Part shown: positions 1 to 11,977 of the stretch, one piece after another | How positions within the stretch are numbered: position 1 is the first letter of the stretch | How the letters are laid out: each line of letters begins with the position of its first letter | Source: Octopus vulgaris | Taxonomy: Eukaryota | Length of the DNA stretch: 64,000 nucleotides | Direction: 5' to 3' | NCBI GenBank assembly: GCA_951406725.2 | Contig: OX597829.1 | Coordinates: forward strand, 39,370,001-39,434,000 | Made by a program: the position numbers and the translations under genes | The notes under the pieces: generated by a model | Told to the model about the DNA's origin: nothing | What the model saw: only the letters and a program-made list of their open reading frames with translations | Databases searched by the model: none

Positions 1-355
1 CCTCTGTGTGGCACGTTGGCCAAGTGTCCTTTACAATAGCGCTGTGCTGATGAAAGACTTGTGAGTGGATTGATTGATAGAAACTGCAGGAAACCTGTCA
101 TATGTAGTGTATGTATGTGTGCATGTGTACGTGCTTAACTGCCCCTTGTTTAAACAAGTGTCATATTTATGCAAGTGGTGCGCTTCAGTTCTAATCTTCA
201 GTGGAAATATGTCTGGCTATGGAGGAAATATAACCTTACTAGGAAACAGGTAAGTGTTGTTGACAGGAAGGGCTTCCAACTGTAGAAAAATCTATCTTAG
301 CAAAATTCCATCCAACCCATGGAAAAGTAGATGTTAAAATGGTGACAACGATGAT
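1..355 (+). mobile_element. Old CORE-type SINE copy with RTE-type (GAT)n tail, 5' cut by window edge
   Basis: gtggcacgttggccaagtgtc CORE-like block, cttgtgagtggatt block, gacaggaagggc motif and tail gatgttaaaatggtgac shared with other copies in the window. Confidence 0.7.
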
Positions 356-932
356 ATATAATCATTTTTATTATTGATGTTAATGTTTATTTCTATTTTA
401 CGTTTTAACCTACCAACAAGTTCCAATATCCTGTCTGGTAGAGCCCAGCCTTAAGCCTCTCACTCGTTTACAGTGTTTTCTAGTACATATCCATTTCACT
501 GGTGCTTCTCAATTTCACTCTGTCACAGTGACAACAACAATGCACTGTTCTTAGTCTCCATTAACCATTATTATTTTTTTTCTTTACTTTTCTTTCTCTC
601 TCTCTGTCTTACTGACAATATTACATTTCATTTATTTGTTTATCTTAATTACTGGTGTACATTCAGTGTCTGTCGAATGACAATAATGTGGGTTAACAAC
701 AGCAAGACGAAACTCTCCTCTCGTAAATGCATTCGAGCCAGCAAAGGAGTTTCTGTGTTGTTTGCTCAGCCTCTAAGAAACACCAGCAAAATCTTCACCA
801 TTACCTTATTAAGAAAGAAAAGGACACATTGGGTGATGATAAACTATGCTTGACAACAGCTCCTACCAAAAAAAAAAAAAAATCATTGGATGATTAAAGT
901 GGATATGTTTTCACAGGTCTATTATTCTAGAT

Positions 933-1554
933 CAGTGGCTGGATCCCTTTGATACCTGTTCTGCTCTACTGAGGCTTGTTTTCTGTGTACAGTCGCAGTT
1001 ATGAAAGAGTGTGCATGGAGAACCAGAATGCAAGGTTTGACGTCAGGGACCTTCATCTCCGGCTCTGGAATGCTATATTACTTCAGGTACCACCTGAAAA
1101 GCAAGATAGGGCTGGAGAGAAGGCACCTGTCGAAAAGAGCATATGAGGAAAGATGGAAAGATGTGGTAAGGAAGTTGGGAGTGAATGTCCCTACTTAACT
1201 CATCCAGGGTAAAAAGAAAAGGTGTAGCCGTTGGAACTTTAAAAAAAAGTTGGAACTTAAAGTAATATCAAAATTAAAAAAATATATATAAGTCATTTTA
1301 ATGTATTTTTATAAAAAAAAAAACTCACTAAATAACCCTTTTAAATGTTTGTAGTGTCCTGTGTTGTCCCTTCTATGTTCGAGTGTATAATCGTAATAAA
1401 GAGAATTACTGGAGCCTTATGTTAAAGTATCCTATTGTACTTTCATAATTGAATATTACTGGGATTGTATAAAAAAAACAAAAAAACAATCCTTAAAATA
1501 TTTTGTGTGTTGTAAATGTATAACCAATTTGTGGACCCTGGTTGAGAACCACTG
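933..1554. mobile_element. Degenerate hAT-type MITE (CAGTGG...GGTTGAGAACCACTG) interrupted by a LINE fragment
   Basis: Right end ggttgagaaccactg matches the right end of the 5714-6448 element; left cagtgg at 933 is weaker. Confidence 0.45.
975..1403 (+). mobile_element. L1/Tx1-like LINE 3' fragment (ORF2 C-terminus plus 3' UTR)
   Basis: ORF 1001-1198 KECAWRTR...YHLKSKIGLERRHL...YEERW resembles Tx1-clade C-termini; AATAAA near 1395. Confidence 0.5.
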
Positions 1555-1794
1555 ATTTATATCAAAGATCATGAGTCTATTAATTTAATGAGTAAACGAA
1601 GGCTGACCTGAGATTTCCACTGTTAGCCAACTGCTTGAAGAGGGGTGAATTCTAGCCTGCTGAATTTCTCTTTGACTCACAATGTAAAGTGGAATCTTTC
1701 GATGGCTATGAAACATTTAGAGGACCCAAATTAAAAGTTACACTCAATGGTTTAGCATTCTTTGGTTTGTCTTTGCAAATTTATTTACCTATCA

Positions 1795-2250
1795 TCGTTA
1801 TCATCATTCCATTACCATTTTCGTGTCTACTTTTCCATACTTACACAGGTTGCGTTGGACGGAGTTTGAGGCAGATTTTTTTTATAGCTGTATGTCCTTC
1901 GTGTCACTGACCCTCACCTGTTTCCAAGTAAGGAAATATTTTCCCATGGTTTGACAGGTTCTTGCAGAAAATTGGAAAGGAATTACAATGACAATCATTC
2001 ACTACTATCACGTAGTATCAAGACAAGGAGATACAGGCACAACATGCACGTGTCTGCTCGCGTGCACACACACACATGCGTGGATAAATGATAGAATTCT
2101 TTCAGTTGCAATCTACCAAATCCACTGAAAAGTCCTTAATTGGCCTAAGGCATAACAAAAGACATTTGCCCAAGGTACCACACAGTGGGACTGATCCTTG
2201 ATCCATGCAGTTGAGAAGCAAACTTCTTACCAAACGGCCATATCTATGTC
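1795..2250 (-). mobile_element. Old CORE-type SINE with RTE-type tail
   Basis: gacatttgcccaaggtaccacacagtgggactga is the reverse complement of the family head and CORE block; (CAT)n tail near 1795. Confidence 0.7.
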
Positions 2251-2335
2251 TATTGTCTTTGTAAATTTGTTTCTTATTTCTTAAACCAAGAAATATGAAA
2301 AGGTTTGTAACCTGGATGATGATGATGGTTGTTAA

Positions 2336-2557
2336 CCCTTTAGTGTTCACATTATTCTGCCAAAATTAATCCTTTTTTATCCACATTGTTTTGAACTAAT
2401 CATGCATTAGTCTTGTAGCTTTGAGATTTTGATGAGGTAGCTGTTAATTTTTAAAACGATATTGTAGGGTTGGTGTGAGAGACCAGATATGGCTAGTTTG
2501 AACATAAAACAGGCAGAACACTTTTGGCCGGATATGGCCGGTTTAAATGCTAAAGGG
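2336..2557. mobile_element. piggyBac-type MITE family P2
   Basis: TTAA on both sides; TIR ccctttag...ctaaaggg; near-identical copy at 16792-17012. Confidence 0.85.
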
Positions 2558-2814
2558 TTAATGATGGGTTAGGATTGTTAATGGTCAGTGGTTGAGGAGG
2601 AAACGGGGTGGATTTCTTGAGGGATGTAGTTCTGGAGATGGTTTGGAGACAAATATTTAGTAAGTGATGTTAGAAGAGGTGTGTTACAGAAATGACTTCA
2701 CCTTCGAAGCTGAAAGCAATATGGTAGAGATGTAGAAGGGACACAGATTGATGATGAGCTTTTGTAAGGGATCACTTAGTGCAGTTATGCTGAGCAAGCA
2801 CATTTTTAATGCAT

Positions 2815-2985
2815 TTCATGTGTGCATGTATGTGTTACATTGGTTGTTGTGTGTGTGACTGTGTGAGTGTATATATATATATGTATGTATGTATATATGT
2901 GTGTATGTATATATATATATATATGTATGTATGGATATATGTATGTATGCATGTATGTATATATGTATATATGCATATAAATATG

Positions 2986-3031
<46 letters not shown>

Positions 3032-3062
3032 CATATTTATATGCATACATACACACACACAT
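2815..3062. repeat. Compound (TA)n/(TG)n/(TATG)n microsatellite
   Basis: Seen directly; source of IYIY/CVCV pseudo-ORFs. Confidence 0.95.
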
Positions 3063-3503
3063 GTAGCATGGTTCTCCTTAAGTTCACTTTACACAATACT
3101 GCTCAAGAAACCATCAAATTCAAGATGTGAAAATATCGAGTCTGGCTTGCCAAATATTCCAACACAGTTGGTGAAATGATAGGCATAAAGCCTATCATTG
3201 GAAAATTCCTCATTGCACAGTCTAATGGGGGCAGTTGTAAATTCTTCAAAGTGAAACTCAATTCTTCCTTTGTATTCTGAATAGTGAATGTTGGATTTCA
3301 AATCTTGATAAACTGAAATGCATTCAGACAGGCATGACACGTACAGTTTCTGTAAAGCAATAATGATTCTCTTCAGCTATAGGCATTGTTTCATGGCAGA
3401 AGTCATCAGACAGAAATCAAAGGTAATAATCCTGGCCATGATAGTTGAGCATTGGCGAGAACACTCCAACCAGCTCCTAAACCAATAGATCTGTCAGCTT
3501 TAA

Positions 3504-4112
3504 CTCTTTCGTTACCAGCCCGGCTGAAACCGGCTCTGGCTCTGTAGTACAAATGTCTTATTTTCAAAAATCTTCTCTCTCTATATAAACGGCAGTTTGT
3601 CTGTGTGCGTGTCTATGTGTCTGTTAGGTTGTACCCTCACCCTGACCACGGCTTTCAACCGATTCTGATGAAACTTGACACACACATAGCCCAATGTCAT
3701 AATTCAAAACTAACGCAGCGAAAATTTTGAAAAGTTCCCCCAGTTCTGAAAAAGATCGATAAATTCGACATGGGGTCGACAATCAGAAACACAAACCACA
3801 GACTGTCTAGGGGACGCAACTCGACCTTTTTAACTCTAAAAAAAAATTTACCATAATTTTTTCCCCATTTTTTGGCTATTTTTTGGCTATAACCCTCTAA
3901 AAATGCTCTATAGTTATTTCCCTTACAAACCCGAGCAACGCTGGGCGATACTGCTAGTTCTGAATTAAAATCTTCCACTAAACCTTAGTCACAATTTATG
4001 TTCCTAACACTAGCTTAATGATAACTAAGTTATTTTACTAAATTATTTGTTATATTTAAAATTAATTGAGAGAAACACAGAACATCTCAAAATAAATAAG
4101 GTAACGAAAGGG
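3504..4112. mobile_element. piggyBac-type MITE family P1, interrupted by a Helitron
   Basis: TTAA flanks; TIR c(c/t)ctttcgttac...gtaacgaaaggg; halves match intact copies at 9735, 27419 and 50285. Confidence 0.85.
3571..3957 (+). mobile_element. Non-autonomous Helitron
   Basis: Inserted between A and T; begins TC, ends CTAG; subterminal hairpin cccgagc-aac-gctggg; no TSD. Confidence 0.85.
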
Positions 4113-4199
4113 TTAAGGAAGAATTGCTTAAAATTCCTATCACCCATCATCTGATAAGTCACTAACCTTTTTTGAGATTAGTGATACCATAAAAATCTT

Positions 4200-5700
4200 A
4201 AGAAAGAGGAAAACCTGAATTTGATAGCGTTTCATCAGAGATGAGGAATATAAATGATTAGCCCTGCACAAGAGTGCTCTAGTACTGCATAGCAGGGGTA
4301 TAGAACCAGGTGTGTTTACTTGAGCATTGGAAGAATGCTAACATTGTTTGACCTATCAGTAGGGATATTGTATTATTGTCCATTGCTTGGAAGATTCTGG
4401 CCAAGGTCATATTCAAAAGACTGGTTTAATTAATAGCAGAAAATGTCATACCAGAATCACTGTGAGGTTTCTGCAAGGAGCAAAGCAAAGTCAACAACCG
4501 TTGTTATAAGATAGTTTGGGAAGAAAAGCAGGAAGTAACATTTGAACCTGTTCATTGCATTTGTGAATCTTAAAACCTCTCACAGGGGTACTTTGTAAAT
4601 TGGTGACATCCCGTGGGATGTTTATTGGCCTGGCTATATTCATGAATTTCCTTCAGTATTTCTACATGGGTGATAGTTTGAGTTGTTACTGGAAATTAGA
4701 AGTCTTAGCTCTTATCATCATTATCATAATCGTCATTTAATACCCCCTTTCCGTGCTAGCATGGTTGGATGGTTTGACAGGATCTGGCTAGGCAGAAGAC
4801 TGCACCATGCTTTGCTGTCTGTTTTGGCATGGTTTTTATGGGTGGATGCTCTTCCTAACACTAACCCTCCCACAGAATGGACTGAGTGCTTTTTATGCTA
4901 CATCAGCACAGGTGTGATTAGTTTTGCCATGATTTTTTTACAGTTGAATGCCCTATTTTCTGTGGGGAAAAAAAATGTTCTGCAGGTTGCATGCTAACTC
5001 CTGTATTGTTTAATGTCTTCACCTGTGTAATCACAATGGTACCCAGAAGGCTGTAAAGGAGAGCAGAAATCACTATTAACTTTTTACTCAATGAGAATCT
5101 TTTCAACAAGAGGAATTTGCAGGTTACCACAATCCTCAGAACAGGTCACTAACCTATTGTATGTTGTTGACTGTGCAATGGAAGCTCTTGAGTTATTAAC
5201 TTGGCAGTTTGATAGTGTCCACGAAACAGATCATCTGTCTCTAACATACTTCACTTCCTTCTAATCCCACTACAGTCTCTGTGTAACTGCAACAAATAGA
5301 TACACACTCCAAGTTCATATACATCGTCAGTATAATTTCCAGTGGCTGCATATTGGATGATGAGATTCTTAACTACCTTGGATTTGATTCTGTAGCCTTG
5401 GAAAGGCTAAGAAAGCATATTTCTAAACAACCATTTCAGTGTCCATACCAAAGTTTTTATCTATTTAGTAGTTGTATTTCAACTTTCTTGTATTGGTGCA
5501 AAATATGAACCACATACAACTGACATGGATGTCTTTAATATACAGTAACTTCAGAAGATCTTTCACATTACCTGCCATTGAATCTCTATTTTACAGACAT
5601 CAACTGAGGTAGGTTAGACATAAAGTGTGCTTATCCATCCCAATTCTCTGGAGGGTCAAAGAAGTAGTTCAAGAATCTGCACATTGTAGAGAAGCAACAT
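4200..5700 (+). pseudogene. Highly decayed RTE/BovB-like LINE reverse transcriptase, interrupted by a younger repeat
   Basis: Remnant peptides RDIVLLSIAWKILAKVIFKRL..IAENVIPES..GF, LTPVLFNVF, NLFNKRNLQ, ALERLRK and TKVFIY..V are colinear with RTE ORF2; many stops and frameshifts. Confidence 0.65.
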
Positions 5701-5713
5701 CAATCCTTTAAAG

Positions 5714-6448
5714 CAGTGGCTCTTACCTGGAGTCCATATGGTCTCTGACGCTCCATTTAAGAATTTTGGGAGTCTTCGCAACAAAACAGTAAATTAGGGA
5801 TCTACAATAATACCCTGAAAAAATTTGCTTTAGATGTATGTATCAGTATGTACCGCAAGAAACTGCTAGGTTTCCGACTCTAATGTTTTACACTTTTCAA
5901 CCTATACAGTTTATCATCATCATCGTTTAACGTCCGCTTTCCATACTAGCATGGGTTGGACAGTTCGACTGGGGTCTGGGAAGCCAGGAGGCTGCACCAG
6001 GCCCTGTCTGATCTGGCAGTGTTTCTACAGCTGGATGCCCTTCCTAATGCCAACCACTCCGTGACTGTAGTGGGTGCTTTTTTCGTGCTACCGGCACAGG
6101 CGCCAGGCGAGGCTGGCAATGGCCATGATCGGTTGGTGCTTTTTACGTGCCACCGGCATGGAGGCCAGTCGAGGCGGCGCTGGCAACAGCTACATTTGGA
6201 TGGTTCTTTTACGTGCCACCAGCACTGGTATCACAACTACAATTTCCATTGGTTTTTGATCGATTTCGATTTCACTTGTGTAATACACACTTAATGTAAT
6301 ACACACTTAATGTCTGAAAAACAAAATAAGAATTTTGAAAGCAGTTTCTATAAAACTAGATTTTTAAATATTGAATGGCTCTGGGAGTCCACCAGAATAA
6401 AATAGTAATCTAAGGGGTCCATAGATAAAAAATGGTTGAGAACCCCTG
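5714..6448. mobile_element. hAT (Charlie-like) MITE with nested RTE 3' UTR copy
   Basis: CAGTGG...GGTTGAGAACCCCTG termini; 8-bp TSD ctttaaag/gtttaaag. Confidence 0.7.
5913..6250 (-). mobile_element. 5'-truncated RTE 3' UTR copy (family C)
   Basis: (CAT)n-cgtttaacgtcc tail and ggatgcccttcctaatgccaacc motif match the LINE 3' UTR at 32812-33259. Confidence 0.85.
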
Positions 6449-6583
6449 GTTTAAAGCATCAGTACCTGTTCCTGTAGTTGGAGAGAGAGAGAGAGAGAGA
6501 GAGTAAAGGTACAGAGGAAAAATGCAATCAGCTCCAAAAGGTGAAGCAAGAAAAGACACACATGTGTAGAGTTTACACATAGT

Positions 6584-6665
6584 CTCTAAATTAAACATTT
6601 ACCTGTCCTGACTGCAACCGAACAATCTCTAAATTAAACATTTACCTGTCCTGACTGCAACCGAA
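6584..6665. repeat. 42-bp local tandem duplication
   Basis: tctctaaattaaacatttacctgtcctgactgcaaccgaac occurs twice. Confidence 0.9.
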
Positions 6666-6759
6666 CTTGCAACTCAAGGATTGGAATGGATAGTCATTGA
6701 AGAAGACAAGATAGCTGTCAATGGATTTGATGGACAATTCTAAGCAAAAAGCATGAGTA

Positions 6760-7175
6760 AATGCATATGTGTATGTGTGTGTCTGTGTACACAATTTACA
6801 CCTGTATTTATATGTGTAAATGTATGTATGTGTACATATGTGTATACTTGTGTGTGTATGAGTGTGTATGTGTGTGTGGGTGTGTGTATATATATATGTA
6901 TATACGCACATACATATATTTATATGTATGCACATGTATGTATTTACATGTATGCACATATGTGTATGTATATGCATGTATATGTATGTGTGTGTGTATG
7001 CATATATTTATGTATGTATATGTGTATGCACACACACATGTATATGTGTGTGTGAGTGTGTATGTGTATGTGTGTTTATGCATGTATGCACATATATATA
7101 TATGTGTATGTGAGTGTGTATGTGTATGTGTGTTTATGCATATACTTATGTATGTATGCATGTGTGTGTGTGTGA
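6760..7175. repeat. Compound TG/TA microsatellite
   Basis: Seen directly. Confidence 0.95.
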
Positions 7176-7930
7176 ACTGTACTGTAAGAATGTACTTTTT
7201 TCCTCTCATGCATGTAAACCAACACATAGATGGAGAAAGGGGAAAAAAAATTAAAATAAAAAAAAAAAAACTATAGATGTTAAATTCAATGGAAGCATTG
7301 ACTTTTTCACGGTTGAATGAGTTTTGAAGAACATTAGAAATCATTGGCATTCAAAGAACAGAAGAATAAGAAATCTTTGGATATTGTTATGGAAAATAGA
7401 TTAGGTGATGGTGGTGATGAGAGTAGATTCTCTTTATGGTTAGACTCCTCGAACTATGGATATATCCTAGAATACAGAATTTGGTTTACAATGAAAAGAA
7501 ACAATTTGTATCTTTTTTTTGTAGAATGATGGTGTTATGTTTCAACATCATCATCATCATCATCATCATTTAAGTTCTATTTTTCCTTGCTTGCATGGGT
7601 TGGAGTAGTTTATTGAGGCAGATTTTTTCATTGGCCAGATTCCCATTCTTGTCATCATCCCTCATCTGTTTCCAAGCAAGGTAATATTTCTGTCATGGCT
7701 AGGCATGTTCTTGCAGAGTATTCAAAACAAACGACACTGCTTGTATGACGGTGACACTCATTTACAGCTCTCATGCAATGTCGAGTTGAGGTGACATAAG
7801 TACATGCACACACACACACACACACATGCTGACACATAGACACACCATAAGATTTCAATGGCTATAATCTGATTAATTTCCATAACATTCTTATCATTCT
7901 GATTTTATATTACCATCGTCATTTGGCATT

Positions 7931-8140
7931 GAGCTGGCAGAATTGTTAGCACACGGGACAAAAATGCTTAGTGGCATTTCGTCTGTCTTTACATTGTGAA
8001 TTCAGATTTTGCTGTGAGATTGACTTTGCCTTTCATCCATTCAAAGTCAATGAAATAAATACCAGTTGAACCCTGGGGGTTGATGTAATCGACTTACTAC
8101 CGCACCTGTAATGACTGGCCTGGTGCCAGAATTTGAAACC
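7931..8140 (+). mobile_element. Old subfamily of tRNA-derived SINE family A
   Basis: gagctggcagaattgttagc head and gactttgcctttcatcc core; different 3' end (aatttgaaacca). Confidence 0.7.
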
Positions 8141-8554
8141 ATGGGTTGGACAAGTTTTCTTCAGAAGAACATCTTTTGGTGTTGTGGTCATTTGTCATCC
8201 TCTTCAGGATGTCCAGTCTGCTGAGATGAAATTTCAACACTTCTTTCCAAGGTTTCTTTGGTTGCTCTCTATTGCAGGTTCCTTCTGTTTTGATGGCTGG
8301 TCACTTCTTCATCCATCTGTCAACTTCCATATGCATTACATTAATCCTTGTGTCATCTTGGTTGACTTACAACCTTTGGTGACTTTTTTGAGAAGAGCTT
8401 ACTATTGGTTTTGAAGCAGTTTTCGGCAGGTGTTGTATAGGTTGGTTATCCATCTACTGGTTTACATCATCTCTCAACTGCTGAGGAGATCTCCTATAGT
8501 AATGCTTATGCAGATAGTATAAATATGATGGTTGGTGGTAAATAAGACCAATTA

Positions 8555-8781
8555 GGCGGCTAGCTGGCAGAAATGTTAGCACGCCGGGCGAAATGCTTAG
8601 TGGTATCTCGTCTGCTGTTACGTTCTTAGTTCAAATTCCGTCGAGGTCAACTTTGCCTTTCATCCTTTCGGGGTCAATTAAATAAGTACCAGTTATGCAC
8701 TGGGGTTGATATAATCGATTTAATCTTTTTATCCTTGTTTGTCTTCTCTGTGTTTAGCCCCTTGTGGGTAGTAAAGAAATA
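8555..8781 (+). mobile_element. tRNA-derived SINE family A, full length
   Basis: Head with gttcaaattcc B-box; ctttgcctttcatcctttcgggg core (resembles the Meta/MESC domain, from recall); 17-bp TSD ggtaaataagaccaatt. Confidence 0.9.
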
Positions 8782-9233
8782 GGTAAATAAGACCAATTGC
8801 ATCTTGATTTCAACATGTGTATATTATTTAGCAGACTAGAAGGATTGCCCAATTGGCTTTGTGGTCTGTTTATAGGATATGCCACAGTTGATGTCATCAC
8901 CACAATATTTTGAATCTGTTCATTTTCCACCGTTGCTCAACATTTAATTACTAAATCTCTCATCTGTACAGAACAACGTAGATGACTAATGATTTCACTA
9001 GCCACATCTTTTGATCTGATTGTTCATCTCTAAGCAGCCTGTACCTCAACCCTCTGTAAATTTAATGAAAAGTAAATGAGGTCAACACATTCAGTTGGAC
9101 TGGATGACTCATTTCTTAGGTTTTGTTTGTAGATAGACAACATAGAGAAGTTACTTATGGGCAATAAGAGATTTCAATGTTACCAGATTTTCCCACTGAG
9201 AGATAAAATAATGCTATCCATTTTGTGGGTAGC

Positions 9234-9270
<37 letters not shown>

Positions 9271-9734
9271 GGTTTGTCTCCTAATGAAGACTTTTGGACA
9301 AGTAAACTTGTAACTAAAAGGTTGTAGATTTTTACAAGTAAGACACTTGCCCTGCTAGAAACAGCAATCAAAATTCTCTCATCACACTGTGCCATGTTAA
9401 GAACAAGTACATTCTGGATAATGTGTTTCTGGGTTCTGTGCACATAGGAAAAAGATGGGAAGACCACAGCCGGCATGTCATTGATGATCAGGGCTGACCT
9501 GGAACTAGACAACAAGTAAACAAAACAAATTTATTTAATTATTAGGAATTGTATGCGGCAAGCAAATGTTTTGATTAGGTCATGATATAAAATGTGTTGA
9601 TGTTTTGGATAATGACAACTCCTGGATCTTCCCACTGAGAAAAAAAATATCTTTAAAAATGGGGAACTAAACATTAAAAAATATTTCATCTTTAAAAATT
9701 AGGTTGATAGTCCAAAAAATGATAATGCCATTAA

Positions 9735-9966
9735 CCCTTTCGTTACTAACCCGGCTGAAACCGGCCCTAGCTCTGTAGTACAAATGTCTTGTTTTCATAA
9801 GTTTTGAATTAAAATCTTTATAAGTTTTGAATTAAAACCTTAGTCACAATTAATGTTACTAACACTAACTTAATGATAACTAAGTTATTTTACTAAATTC
9901 TTTATTATATTTAAAATAATTGAGAGAAAATCAGAGAATCTCAAAATAAATACAGTAATGAAAGGG
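9735..9966. mobile_element. piggyBac-type MITE P1
   Basis: TTAA-ccctttcgttac...gtaatgaaaggg-TTAA. Confidence 0.85.
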
Positions 9967-10774
9967 TTAACAACTCATCATAGAGGTTTGTAATTTCATC
10001 AGGCTTGTGCTTAATCTACCAATTTTGTCTCTGATGCAGCAGCATCCATAGACATTGGTTCCATCTGGACACCCTTTATCATCTTTTATTGACATGTAAG
10101 CAAATCATTCTATTCCTCTCTGTCATATGGAATTATTATTTCTTACAGCCCATCTCTGCTGACCAGTCTTACTATCTGCATGCAAACTTCACACAAAATG
10201 CTGGCCATATCTGGCCCAAACATCCAGAACTGGCCTCTCACACCTACCCTACAATGTCATTTTAAAAGCAAACGGTTACATCATTGAAATCTCAAAGCAA
10301 TGGGATAATGCAGTTCAGCAAAAAAAAAACCAGTGAAATAATTTCCAGGTTGAAAAAAAAAAAAAAATAAATAGTGGGATCAATTCATTTAATTAAAAAT
10401 TCTTCACGATGATGCCCCAGCATAGCCTCTGCCTAATTACTGAAAAAAGTCAAAGATAAAAGATCGAAATGTAACAAAGATCTTGTCATTGTCTCCTCTT
10501 AGTCTCTCTCTCCCTTCTCTCTGTCTTTGAGGGTTGCATAATCTCTTGCTATTTTTCTTAATTTGCTCTTTGCTACAAAAATCAATACCGTTGTTCACTT
10601 AACACATTTTAATCAATGCAGCAAACATTCTTAAAAGAATCTAAATGAATCTATTAGTTTTATTGTTCTTGAAATTTTTGCTGATGATCTTTTTTCACAT
10701 TCATTGTACTTATTTATTTATTTAATAATTTCCTTATTCTCCAATTAATTATTTTCGTTTTTCCTTAAACTGAA

Positions 10775-10950
10775 TGTTGTTTAGCCCCGAGTCTGAGTAG
10801 GAGACTCATGATCAAAAGCATGCCAGCTATGACCAGCCTGCTCTTTTTTTGTATCTAGGACCACATTGTCTAATGTGTTTTTCAATTTTGAAGAAGATAG
10901 GATGTGGTTTAAGGTAATTTGACTGCTATTTCTCAGATGTTTTTGATGCC
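10775..10950 (-). mobile_element. Old SINE-like repeat family F with (AAC)n tail (related copies near 730-930, 9350-9510, 17250-17430, 42160-42350, 42640-42830)
   Basis: Recurring tgttgtttagcccc...gatcaaa...ccagct...atttgactgctatttct pattern. Confidence 0.55.
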
Positions 10951-11297
10951 TACAGAGTGGATCCTTTATTTGAAGCTATTGGTAGTTATAACTGAAATTT
11001 GTTTTTCTTTATCTGTAAATACATACATACATACACAAGCACACACACACACACACATACTGACACACATACACACACTGGCACACATACACACATGTAC
11101 ACAACAAAGTCTCAGACAGACAAACACAGCCTCTCTGTAATGGACTAAGAGAAAAGTCACTGAAAAGGGTGCAAACAGCAAAAAACAAAACAAAACAATG
11201 CAAAACAAATAAAAAACAAAACTAACAACTTACCAAAGTTAAACAAACATTTGATTAGTTAGTTGAATAATAATAAAGTCAGTGGTATTGAAATAGT

Positions 11298-11528
11298 GGT
11301 GGCGAGCTGGCGGAAACGTTAGCACGTCGGCCGAAATACTTAGCAGTGTTTCGTCTGCCGCTACGTTCTGAGTTCAAATTCTGCCGAGGTCGACTTTGCT
11401 TTTCATCCTTTTGGGGTCGATTAAATAAGTACCAGTTATGCACTGGGGTCAATATAATCGACTTAATCTGTTTGTCTGTCCTTGTTTGCCCTCTCTGTGT
11501 TTAGCCCCTTGTGGGTGGTAAAGAAATA
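11298..11528 (+). mobile_element. SINE family A
   Basis: Full length; TSD ggtattgaaatagt. Confidence 0.9.
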
Positions 11529-11745
11529 GGTATTGAAATAGTGTCTGTTATCAGTGTTGGCATAACGACTCACCCTAGAAACGACAGAATACCTGTGAAT
11601 TCTTTCCTTATTTATTGCAGGTCATAGTTATACTAATAGTTGTTTAGTCTCTCGCTTTCACACATGCACACATGCCATGATGGGCTTCTTTCAGTTTACA
11701 TCTATCAAATCTGTTGATAGGTCCAAATTTATAGTTGGAGACACA

Positions 11746-11977
11746 GGCGAGCGAGCTGGCAGAAATGTCAGCACGCTGGGCGAAATGCGTAGCCGTATTT
11801 CGTCTGCTGTTACGTTCTGAGTTCAAATTCGGTCGAGGTCGACTTTGCCTTTCATCCTTTCAGGGTTGATAAATTAAGTACCAGTTACGCACTGGGGTCG
11901 ACGTAATCGACATAATCCGTTTGTCTGTCCTTGTTTGTCCCCTCTGTCTTTAGCCCCTTGTGGGTAGTAAAGAAATA
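11746..11977 (+). mobile_element. SINE family A
   Basis: Full length; TSD-like tatagttgga. Confidence 0.9.

Noticed and set aside
473-853. 126-aa hydrophobic ORF
   Set aside because: GTG start, low-complexity T-rich sequence overlapping an old repeat, no recognisable motif.
2806-3179. ORFs rich in IYIY/CVCV/HTHT (also at 6.6-7.3, 24.6-24.9, 25.8-27.1 and 51.2-51.7 kb)
   Set aside because: Translations of dinucleotide and tetranucleotide microsatellites, not proteins.
5956-6294. Recurring peptide LQLDALPNANH suggesting a gene family
   Set aside because: Antisense translation of the repeated RTE 3' UTR.
8150-9180. Possible ancient RTE remnants on the minus strand (also near 3080-3480, 47750-47950 and 56870-57640)
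   Set aside because: Only faint motif traces; boundaries cannot be supported by eye.
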